From Candidatus Woykebacteria bacterium (GTDB lineage Bacteria; Patescibacteriota; Microgenomatia; Woykebacterales; RBG-16-39-9b), in NCBI GenBank assembly GCA_040876265.1, contig JBBDPN010000002.1, forward strand, positions 236,330 through 300,329: a stretch of DNA of 64,000 bases. The letters are read 5' to 3'. The notes beneath the pieces were generated by a model. It was not told where the DNA came from and ran no database searches. It saw only the letters and a list, made by a program, of their open reading frames with translations. The position numbers and the translations under genes are program-made. Shown one piece after another: positions 56,381 through 64,000 of the stretch (its first letter is position 1; each line of letters starts with the position of its first letter).

Positions 56381-57544
56381 GTGAAGAAATTATTCATCTC
56401 CATCCCAATATTCGCCCTTCTTTTCTTAGTTCCATCAGCACAAGCTCAGGATAATGAAACAGATCGCGAAACAAAGATCGTTACTCTACCGGTTGGAGAA
56501 GTAGTAAACCGGGATTACTTCGCCTTTGGTGATGTCGTTGAGGTTTCCGGAACGGTAAACGGTGATGTATACGCCTTCGGTGGCCAAGTACTTGTGGACG
56601 GGGCCGTAAACGGAGATTTAATTACTGCTGGTGGCACGCTTACTGTTTCTGGTGACGTATCGCAGGATTTGCGAGCCGGCGGAGGCCAAGTCACCATTAG
56701 TGGAGACATTGGTAGGAATGTAACAGTTGGTGGAGGAAACGTAGAGTTTACTAGCGACGCAAGTGTCCGAGGTAGTGTTTTAGCAGGGGCTGGAAACCTC
56801 ACTCTCGCTGCACCCATTGGTAGCAACGTAAAGATCGGTGCGGGTAATTTAACTATTTCCAGTAAAGTCGATGGAGATGTAGAAGCAGGAGTTGGTATGC
56901 TGAGATTAACCTCAAGGGCTCGGGTAGATGGAGATCTTACCTACTGGAGTGATCAAAATGCATCGGTGGATGGTAATGCGTTGGTTTCTGGAGAGATCAC
57001 CAAAAAGTCGGCCCAAGGAATTTCGAAGCCGTCTTTACAAGGAGTTCTAGGTGGATTTGCAGCGTTTAACATATTCACTACAATCATTGGTTTTGTTTCA
57101 ACATTTATTCTTGGACTTCTCTTGATAAAATTTCTACCAAAGTTTTCATCTGACACCGTAAATACGTTAAGCAAAAAGCCACTGGCTTCTCTGGGTGTCG
57201 GCTTTTTGGCTTTGTTGGTGACACCAATAGCTTTCCTAATTTTACTAGTTACTGTCGTAGGGATACCTATCGCCTTTATATTAATCGCGCTTTATCTAAT
57301 TAGTTTGTATCTGGCTCGTCTCTTCGTTATGTTTTGGGTTGGTAAGGCAATATCTACCCGGACCGGTAGGGCGCCTCACGAGGTATGGGCCTTTATCGTA
57401 GGATTGATTATTTATTACATAGTAACGTTGATACCAGTAGTTGGTGGCATTACGACTTTCCTCGTGATACTCTTTGGCCTTGGCGCAGCCCTGATCACCA
57501 AAAGAAATACCTATCTTACCGCAAGAAAAAGCAATCTGTACTAA
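56381..57544 (+). CDS. Membrane protein with signal peptide, extracytoplasmic bactofilin-like (DUF583-type) beta-helical repeat domain and 4-TM C-terminal anchor
   Basis: Signal peptide MKKLFISIPIFALLFLVPSAQA. At least 8 repeats of G-x-V-x-G-D-[VL] (VSGTVNGDVYAFGGQVLVDGAVNGDLITAGGTLTVSGDV...). The C-terminal 170 aa has 4 TM. Confidence 0.6.
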   Translation: MKKLFISIPIFALLFLVPSAQAQDNETDRETKIVTLPVGEVVNRDYFAFGDVVEVSGTVNGDVYAFGGQVLVDGAVNGDLITAGGTLTVSGDVSQDLRAGGGQVTISGDIGRNVTVGGGNVEFTSDASVRGSVLAGAGNLTLAAPIGSNVKIGAGNLTISSKVDGDVEAGVGMLRLTSRARVDGDLTYWSDQNASVDGNALVSGEITKKSAQGISKPSLQGVLGGFAAFNIFTTIIGFVSTFILGLLLIKFLPKFSSDTVNTLSKKPLASLGVGFLALLVTPIAFLILLVTVVGIPIAFILIALYLISLYLARLFVMFWVGKAISTRTGRAPHEVWAFIVGLIIYYIVTLIPVVGGITTFLVILFGLGAALITKRNTYLTARKSNLY

Positions 57545-57565
57545 TCCAATTTCTATCCAACCCAT

Positions 57566-58756
57566 TTATACCAGTTTACTGATAGGTTTTATCTTTTTGG
57601 TTAGGAAGTAGGTGGCGAGGAAGGTAGCGATTGGAACAGCCAAAACTAGCGTTGTGCTTCCGACCAGTATTCTCACCACCTCTTCTGCGATAAATTCATT
57701 GTTTAAAAGTACCCACAGCGGTTGGGTTTGGTTTGAACTAAAAAGCAAAAAGACTGGCAACGCCGCACTGATATAAACCAGCGCTAGAGTGTTAACAAGT
57801 GAAGCAATGTGTTCCTTACCCACAGAAATTCCCTTTCGGTAGAGATCTTTGAAGGGTAATTTTGGGTTTGCTTTGTGGATTTCATCCACCGCAGCGGATT
57901 GGGCGGTAGTGATATCATCTAGTACCCCTAAAGCGCCGATTAAAATCCCTCCAAGTAGCAGCCCACGAAGATTTATATCTGCTAATGGACCCTGTTGTAG
58001 ATAGAAAGCCTCTTCGCTACCAAGACCAAAAAGTTTGGCGGTTGAAACAAAAAATGTGGCCAGGGCCGCCGCTATAAAAATAGTTATTATAGTACTAGCT
58101 AAGGCGATTGTAGTCCTTTTACTGAACCCATGAGCTATATAGATAGAGACGGTAGCAATTAATAAGGCACCTATCAGACTAATAAAGAGCGGGTCTTTCC
58201 CGTCGGCAATGTTTGGAATGATAAACTGAATAATAACCAATATACTAAAGGCTAGACCAGCGATAGAGCCAAGGCCTTTTATCCCAGCAAAAATAACTGT
58301 GAAGACCAAAAATATTGTGAATAGGATAACTACCGACGGCAGTCGGTATTTTTCAGTAATAAAGTAGCGGAAATCATCCAAAACCGGGGTTTTCACTACG
58401 ATAACGGTTTCACCTGGTTTTACTTTTTGATGCTCTTTGAATTCACCAAAAGAGCTGATGTGTTTTATCTCAAATTTTTCACCTTTTTCTGGACCACTTA
58501 ACAACTCGACTTCAACTAGTTGAAACGGCTGGTTTCCACCAAAAGAGGTATCAACACCTTCGTCAAGTATTTTTAATACTTTGCCTCGGAAAAATTCGTT
58601 GGGTGGAGGTGGTTCTGCAGTTGGGAGTTGGGAATCTTCTTCGGAAGCGGGTGGGGTCGCACTGGGTGTTTCCTGAGCGTTTAGAGTGGGGGCCAAAATA
58701 AAGAAACCGACCACAAACAGAATCAATAACAAGAAAATATTTCTGAGGACCCACAT
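57566..58756 (-). CDS. YibE/F-family multipass membrane protein
   Basis: Signal/TM, P-rich linker, soluble domain, then about 8 TM. Overall YibE/F-like architecture. Confidence 0.6.
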   Translation of the reverse strand: MWVLRNIFLLLILFVVGFFILAPTLNAQETPSATPPASEEDSQLPTAEPPPPNEFFRGKVLKILDEGVDTSFGGNQPFQLVEVELLSGPEKGEKFEIKHISSFGEFKEHQKVKPGETVIVVKTPVLDDFRYFITEKYRLPSVVILFTIFLVFTVIFAGIKGLGSIAGLAFSILVIIQFIIPNIADGKDPLFISLIGALLIATVSIYIAHGFSKRTTIALASTIITIFIAAALATFFVSTAKLFGLGSEEAFYLQQGPLADINLRGLLLGGILIGALGVLDDITTAQSAAVDEIHKANPKLPFKDLYRKGISVGKEHIASLVNTLALVYISAALPVFLLFSSNQTQPLWVLLNNEFIAEEVVRILVGSTTLVLAVPIATFLATYFLTKKIKPISKLV

Positions 58757-58892
58757 AAATATGAATGCTATTATACAACAAAAAAACTAGATAAATTTAG
58801 GGTATTGACAAATGCAAATGATTTGCATATATTATTGCAAATAGATTGCAACTTCTTCCTAGTCGCGACATTTTTACGTGGTATAGATATTT

Positions 58893-59318
58893 ATGAAAAG
58901 AGAAGTGTTAGAGTTATTAAAAGAAAACAAGGTAAAAATCACCAACGAGAGGGAAGTTATTATTGAAATTCTGCAACAAACAACCAAGCCCTTAAGCCCA
59001 GCGGATATTTTTCTGCGCGTCCGGCCACAGCTACCCAAAGTAAACCTCACCACCATTTATAGAAATTTGGAAATGCTGGAAGGTTTAGGATTAATCAAAA
59101 GAGTTGGATTTAACAAAGAGTATTTTAGCTACGAATTATTAGCCAATAGGCCACATCATCACCACGCCATTTGTAAAAACTGCGGCAAAATTGAAGATTT
59201 AGAAAATATATCAGAAAAATTTGTGGACCAAGTATCAAGGCAGACTAGTTTTAAAATCGAAGACCACAATTTGGAATTCTTTGGGTACTGCAAAAACTGC
59301 CGGCGGGAGAATTTATGA
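58893..59318 (+). CDS. zur: Fur-family metalloregulator (probably Zur)
   Basis: Winged-HTH N-terminus. HHHHAICKNCGKIEDL...GYCKNC metal sites. Overlaps the downstream ZIP transporter gene. Confidence 0.8.
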   Translation: MKREVLELLKENKVKITNEREVIIEILQQTTKPLSPADIFLRVRPQLPKVNLTTIYRNLEMLEGLGLIKRVGFNKEYFSYELLANRPHHHHAICKNCGKIEDLENISEKFVDQVSRQTSFKIEDHNLEFFGYCKNCRRENL

Positions 59319-60049
59319 TATTGGCTTACATAATTGGATTTACTTTTATAGGTAGCATACTGTCATTAACAGGTAGCTATTTTCTACTTCTAAAGAGGAA
59401 TATTACTGAGATTTTTTCGATAAGGCTGATTAGTTTTGCTGCCGGTGCTCTCCTTGGGGTAGCGTTTCTAGACCTTTTACCAGAAGCTGTTGAGGAGGCA
59501 GGAGAGGCTGATATATTTATCCCCGCTCTTATTGGGTTTGTTAGTTTCTTTTTTGCTGAAAAAGTATTGCGCCATGTTCACCACCACCATGAGCACGGAG
59601 ATAAACCAAGCACACCACTGATCGTTTATGGAGATGGTGTCCATAATTTTATAGACGGCGTGATAATAACCACCGCCTTTCTAACTAGCATTCCTGTGGG
59701 AATAACCGCCGCACTAGCTGTAGCATCCCACGAAATCCCACAGGAGATTGCTGACATGGGTGTTCTTTTGGCAAATGGCCTATCAAAAACCAGAGCGCTT
59801 ATCTATAATTCTCTCTCAGCGCTGACCGCACTGGCGGGAGCTTTAATTGCCTTTTTCTTTGGGCCGTTTATAGAAAGTTATTTGTACATTTTCTTGGCTC
59901 TTGCCGCCGGCCACTTTATTTATATTTCTGCCGCCGATCTGGTTCCTGAACTACACGAAAACCGGGTAGGAGATCGAAGGTTTGCGCAAGTAGTTATCTT
60001 TGTCGCTGGTATTGCGTCAGTTTACATTTTCACAACTCTATTTGAGTAA
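59315..60049 (+). CDS. zupT: ZIP-family zinc transporter
   Basis: 8 TM. His-rich loop HVHHHHEHGDKP. HNFIDG and HEIPQE signature motifs. Confidence 0.88.
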   Translation: MILAYIIGFTFIGSILSLTGSYFLLLKRNITEIFSIRLISFAAGALLGVAFLDLLPEAVEEAGEADIFIPALIGFVSFFFAEKVLRHVHHHHEHGDKPSTPLIVYGDGVHNFIDGVIITTAFLTSIPVGITAALAVASHEIPQEIADMGVLLANGLSKTRALIYNSLSALTALAGALIAFFFGPFIESYLYIFLALAAGHFIYISAADLVPELHENRVGDRRFAQVVIFVAGIASVYIFTTLFE

Positions 60050-60129
60050 AAAACTTCAAAAAGTTTTGCCTACAAGATCAACCACGGCCAGTTGATTTTA
60101 ATGACGTTTTAGTAATATAGTTTGGTTGA

Positions 60130-60519
60130 ATGAATATTTTAATTGCGGCGGTCGTTTTAATATTAGGGTTGGGGTTGATATTATTTTTAACTAGGGTCGG
60201 GCGGAAAAAGGCTGATCCTGTAGATTCAGTAAATCAAGCCAACGCGAACGTCGATACTAACAGTAAAAATACAGACAGTGATCGAGATCGGATTTCTGAT
60301 TACGATGAGATACATAAATATGGTACTGATCCGCACTCTTATGATACCGATAAAGACGGAATCGGTGATAGGCAAGAGATACTGCAAAGAACGGATCCTA
60401 ATTCCCCAGACACAGACAGGGATGGACTAACCGATTACGAAGAGGCACAAGCGGGAACAGATCCTACCCATTACGACACTGATCGTGATGGTGTCTCTGA
60501 CCTCAACGATAAAGATTAA
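60130..60519 (+). CDS. Membrane-anchored protein with three thrombospondin type-3-like calcium-binding repeats
   Basis: N-terminal TM, then 3x (TDP-x3-YDTD-x-DG-x-[SG]D) units of about 21 aa (YGTDPHSYDTDKDGIGDRQE / RTDPNSPDTDRDGLTDYEE / AGTDPTHYDTDRDGVSDLND). Confidence 0.6.
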   Translation: MNILIAAVVLILGLGLILFLTRVGRKKADPVDSVNQANANVDTNSKNTDSDRDRISDYDEIHKYGTDPHSYDTDKDGIGDRQEILQRTDPNSPDTDRDGLTDYEEAQAGTDPTHYDTDRDGVSDLNDKD

Positions 60520-60585
60520 TTACGGCTCGAACAATTAACGCTCACTCTCTTGACAAGAAATCCTCCAAAGTTTAAAAATTCTTGT

Positions 60586-61644
60586 ATGCTGGCCAAAGTT
60601 ATTTCTGGAGCGACCGTTGGTTTGGACTCTGTTCCAATCGAAGTAGAAGTAGATATTGCGGCGCAAGGATTACCAGCTTTCAATATTGTCGGTCTGCCGG
60701 ACAAAGCTGTGGAGGAAAGTAAGGAAAGAGTAAGAGCCGCTTTGAAAAATGTCGGGGCTGAATTCCCGGCCAGAAGAATTACTGTAAATCTTGCTCCAGC
60801 CGATCTACCGAAAGAAGGACCCGCCTACGATCTGCCAATTGCCATAGGGATATTAATTGGTTCGGGGCAACTCTCTACAGAAATCTCAGATGCAGTCTTT
60901 GCCGGTGAGCTTTCCCTTGACGGCAATTTGCGTAGTACCGCCGGTCTTTTACCGATAGCGATGATGGCTAAAGAAAAAGGATTTAAGCGACTATTTCTCC
61001 CGGCTATTAATGCGAAAGAAGCATGTGTAGTGCAAAAGGTTAGTATTTTCGCTATCAACAATATAATTGATCTCTTCCACTTTTTATCTGGGAACAAAAG
61101 AATTCACGCCGCACCAGCAACAAAAATAGATTTGGATGGAGTCATTAAGTACGAATTTGACATGAAAGAAATTCGAGGCCAGGAAACGGCGAAGCGGGCT
61201 CTTGAGATTGCAGCGGCCGGAGGTCACAACGTACTACTAAAAGGTCCACCAGGTTCTGGAAAGACTCTTCTTGCCCGGGCCTTTCCCAGTATTTTACCTA
61301 GGCTTGCCGCGGAAGAAGCTCTCGAGGTAACCAAAATTTATTCCATTCTCGGCCTCGTAAATCCAGCCGATCCAGTTATTAGGATCAGACCGTTTCGTAG
61401 TCCTCACCATTCCGCGAGTGCGATAGGATTAATTGGTGGGGGTACTCATCCTAAACCTGGAGAAATTTCACTTGCCAACCGAGGCGTTTTATTTTTAGAT
61501 GAGTTTCCAGAATTTCCAAGACATGTTCTAGAAAGCCTTCGTGGGCCCCTGGAAGATGGGGTTGTTACCGTCTCTAGAGCCTCAGCCAGTCTTTCCTTCC
61601 CGGCGAATTTTACCCTCATTGCGGCCGCCAACCCGTGCCCTTAA
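60586..61644 (+). pseudogene. comM: ComM/YifB Mg-chelatase-like AAA+ ATPase, truncated after NPCP (C-terminal roughly 140 aa missing)
   Basis: N-terminal Lon-like domain ([29 protein letters not shown]), Walker [12 protein letters not shown] stops at [12 protein letters not shown], inside the canonical NPCPCG motif. The downstream DNA does not continue comM. Confidence 0.7.
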
Positions 61645-61839
61645 GGATATACATTAAGACCACAACTAAATATAAAACGAATTTGAAGGGATTACAGAGG
61701 CTCGTTTTGAAACGCTAGTTTAATGGTACACATATAGATTTAAAAATCAAACTATGGTCGGCCTTATTGGACAATATCAGGAACCTCTGGTATACACTCA
61801 ACTCGTTTGATTTTAGCCCAGCAAATTTAGATAGGTTTC

Positions 61840-62328
61840 TCAGGGTAACCGCTTGCTAAATACAGCTTCACAAATTTCCCTTATGTGGTCTGGATAGTGA
61901 ATAATTAAATCTGGATTTTTTGATAGGTGATGTGGTTGTGATTTAGGGTCTTTCCAGACTATTACTGCTGCCCGAGTGTAGTCTGGTGTAAAACCATAGT
62001 GGTCTAAATCTATCTCGTAAGGGTTGTTTGTACCACCCCATCTCAACACATCTCTACCTGCCAAGTAAATTTGGGAAGTTGTTGGTAAGGTAAAGCTAGG
62101 AGTGGTCGCTAAAGAAAGCATATCAGACTGAACGCCTGAACCCAAAGTCACAAAGTAATTCGCTGGTTTTTTGATTACCCCCTCTATTAAGATATCCTCG
62201 GTAGAAAAAACATTCCAACCACTCGCGTATCTGTCCAAGAAATCGAGAGATGTTGTGCCAATGTAGATAGCCTTTTTTTCCATACTATTACGAATTTTAC
62301 CATCAAAGTAGTAGAATATCAGCAACAT
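61840..62328 (-). CDS. Hypothetical protein adjacent to vsr/dcm (speculative restriction-endonuclease candidate)
   Basis: 162 aa with no recognised motifs. The only unassigned ORF within the Dcm-Vsr module. A true start may be the internal MEKKAIY. Confidence 0.35.
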   Translation of the reverse strand: MLLIFYYFDGKIRNSMEKKAIYIGTTSLDFLDRYASGWNVFSTEDILIEGVIKKPANYFVTLGSGVQSDMLSLATTPSFTLPTTSQIYLAGRDVLRWGGTNNPYEIDLDHYGFTPDYTRAAVIVWKDPKSQPHHLSKNPDLIIHYPDHIREICEAVFSKRLP

Positions 62329-62551
62329 TCATAAGATGATAGACAAAGAGATAATAAGAAGGGAAACTAAAATTAAAGACGATAAGATTTTGACCCAGCT
62401 CCAGTACAGAATAGAGGAATTGGCTATGGCAGTATACTGGGTTTATAAAGGGTTGTTGAAAAAAGAAAAAGAGAAATCCGAATAAATTATGTGAGTAATG
62501 GTTTTCTCGTTCAGATTTATTGATATAAAAATGAAAAAAAATAAGGTCTAG

Positions 62552-62953
62552 ATGGATAAACATACGCCACAACAAAGATCCTTCAATATGTCCCAGGTCA
62601 AATCCAGAGATACAAAACTTGAAATAAAGTTTAGGGATCTGATGACTCAAAGTGGTCTAAGTGGTTATGAACTTAACGGAAATGTATTTGGTAAGCCAGA
62701 CATTGTTTTTCCAAGAAACAAGACTGTTATCTTTCTTGACGGTTGTTTTTGGCATAAATGCCCTGAACATTTTGTAATGCCTACTACAAGGATTGATTTC
62801 TGGGATAAAAAAATCGGCGGAAACGTGAAGAGGGATAAGATAGTTGATAGGGGACTAAAGAAATCAGGCTGGTATGTACTAAGATTCTGGGAACACGAGT
62901 TGCGAAGTGATTTGGATAAGTGTGTCGGTAGAATCAAGAAATTCCTATCCTAG
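62552..62953 (+). CDS. vsr: Very-short-patch-repair endonuclease
   Basis: RSFNMSQVKSRDTKLE, FLDGCFWHKCPEH, WYVLRFWEHE. Vsr catalytic core. Confidence 0.88.
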   Translation: MDKHTPQQRSFNMSQVKSRDTKLEIKFRDLMTQSGLSGYELNGNVFGKPDIVFPRNKTVIFLDGCFWHKCPEHFVMPTTRIDFWDKKIGGNVKRDKIVDRGLKKSGWYVLRFWEHELRSDLDKCVGRIKKFLS

Positions 62954-63123
62954 AGGTTTTTCCCTTTTCCTTCTCTATAGCAGGGTTGTCCGCAATACTT
63001 ACTTATCTGTTCGTAGCCATTGGCTCTCGGATAGTACTGTTTACCGCAGTTTTTACAGACTTTAATTATATGTGCCCGATTTGGCTTGTCGTAGTTTAAA
63101 ATATTAGAGTCGAGATTTTTCAT
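62950..63123 (-). CDS. Small zinc-ribbon protein (57 aa), translationally coupled to dcm (TAATG), not in ORF track
   Basis: MKNLDSNILNYDKPNRAHIIKVCKNCGKQYYPRANGYEQISKYCGQPCYREGKGKNL has CKNC...CGQPC. Its ATG overlaps the dcm stop by 1 nt. Confidence 0.4.
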   Translation of the reverse strand: MKNLDSNILNYDKPNRAHIIKVCKNCGKQYYPRANGYEQISKYCGQPCYREGKGKNL

Positions 63124-64000
63124 TAAGTTGTAGTATGAGTATAAGCAGTTAAACTCGTTTCCTTTTGCTTAGCGTTCATAATTTTTTTGCCAGGTTTCAA
63201 ATATCTGGCCAGTTGTTTAGCTAGCACTTCTATTACGGGTACAGCAACAGCGTTTCCAAACTGTCTGTAAGCCTGTGTATCGGAAACGGGTATCTTGAAA
63301 TCGTCCGGAAACCCTTGTAGTCGGGCACATTCCCGTGGCGTCAGTCTCCTTGGATTTTCACCTTTTTGCGGAACCAGAATTTCACTTCCGTCTTTATGGT
63401 ATCTAGCAGACAAAGTTCTTGAAACTCCGTCTAAGTCAACGATTCCGTAACCAAAACCATTCCCCTTTTCCTTATGTTTTTTAGCGTAATCCCGAAGGTA
63501 CTTCCATAGTTTATCACTAAGGGTATACTTGTCTGAAACCTTCGCTTCGAGTATATTTCTTACTTTGGGTTTGGCATCTTTAATCTCAGGAAACTCGAAA
63601 TTTATTGCTTCGTCCCTAAACCCAATCATAAAAATTCGTTCCCTGCTCTGTGGCACCAGAAATTTAGCATTTATTATTTTGTAGAAAAAAGAGTAACCGA
63701 GTTCCGCAAGAGATCCTTTTATCACCTCAAAGGTTTTTCCTTTGTCGTGTCTTTCAAGATTCTTTACGTTTTCCAAGAAAAAAGCTGCCGGCTTTTTTTC
63801 TTTTAAAATTCTTAGTATTTCGTAGAACAAAGTCCCCTGTGCCTCATCCCGAAATCCGTTCGGCCGGTTTAGACTGTTCTTTTTGGATATCCCGGCGATA
63901 GAGAAGGGCTGGCAGGGGAATCCTGCACAAAGAATATCAAAATCGGGTATATCGGAAGCAGGGATCTTGGAGATATCACCTAAAACAAAATCCTTATCCC
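63123..64000 (-). CDS. dcm: DNA cytosine-5 methyltransferase, partial (N-terminus beyond window end)
   Basis: Reverse-strand translation gives GFPCQPFS (motif IV PCQ), ENV (AFFLENVKNL), QSRERIFMIGF (motif VIII) and a C-terminal target-recognition domain. The reading frame remains open to nt 64000. Confidence 0.88.
   Translation of the reverse strand, partial: DKDFVLGDISKIPASDIPDFDILCAGFPCQPFSIAGISKKNSLNRPNGFRDEAQGTLFYEILRILKEKKPAAFFLENVKNLERHDKGKTFEVIKGSLAELGYSFFYKIINAKFLVPQSRERIFMIGFRDEAINFEFPEIKDAKPKVRNILEAKVSDKYTLSDKLWKYLRDYAKKHKEKGNGFGYGIVDLDGVSRTLSARYHKDGSEILVPQKGENPRRLTPRECARLQGFPDDFKIPVSDTQAYRQFGNAVAVPVIEVLAKQLARYLKPGKKIMNAKQKETSLTAYTHTTT

Noticed and set aside
62303-62650. Minus-strand 115 aa ORF
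   Set aside because: Overlaps the vsr start and intergenic AT-rich DNA. Low-complexity F/L-rich translation.
1-64000. CRISPR arrays or cas operons near the two Cas4-like genes
   Set aside because: No short direct repeats with regular spacing seen anywhere in the window. No cas1/cas2-like ORFs.

Overview
The window comes from a small-genome, low-GC (about 40-43%) bacterium that looks like Candidate Phyla Radiation / Patescibacteria. Supporting signs: no rpmD (L30) between rpsE and rplO, lysine-rich extensions on several ribosomal proteins, frequent GTG/TTG starts, a short adk and a short rpoA. Layout: rpoB (3' end) and rpoC, then about 16.6 kb of accessory genes, then the str operon (rpsL-rpsG-fusA-tuf), then the S10-spc-alpha ribosomal superoperon through rpsI (including secY-adk-map-infA-rpmJ), then tRNA-Pro(GGG). 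The accessory block holds a TasA/camelysin + SipW + RTX-repeat secreted-protein locus, a PEBP, a Cas4-like nuclease, an MGMT-domain protein, DUF192, an RRM protein, zwf, a Gmad2-like protein, TfoX-N, an EamA transporter, a roughly 1.1 kb stretch with no coherent ORF, a methyltransferase-heliorhodopsin-YwbE trio, a cyclase and a short gnd. After the tRNA come Ham1, an FTR1 iron permease, recA - [GC-rich two-gene insert] - recX, rny-ymdB, hup, a second Cas4-like nuclease, a glycoside hydrolase, a sigma-region-4-only protein, miaA, an AI-2E transporter, a CaCA exchanger, RNase P RNA (rnpB, missed by the ORF track because it lies inside a spurious ORF extension), a membrane protein with an extracytoplasmic bactofilin-like repeat domain, YibE/F, zur-zupT, a TSP3-repeat protein, and comM truncated inside its NPCPCG motif by a restriction-modification-like module (hypothetical / vsr / Zn-ribbon / dcm). 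Most notable: (i) a TasA/SipW-type secreted-fibre locus in which the SipW peptidase is fused in frame to its own SipW-cognate-signal substrate; (ii) a clear heliorhodopsin; (iii) comM disrupted by a Dcm-Vsr island; (iv) several GC-rich horizontally acquired patches, one next to the tRNA and one splitting recA from recX.
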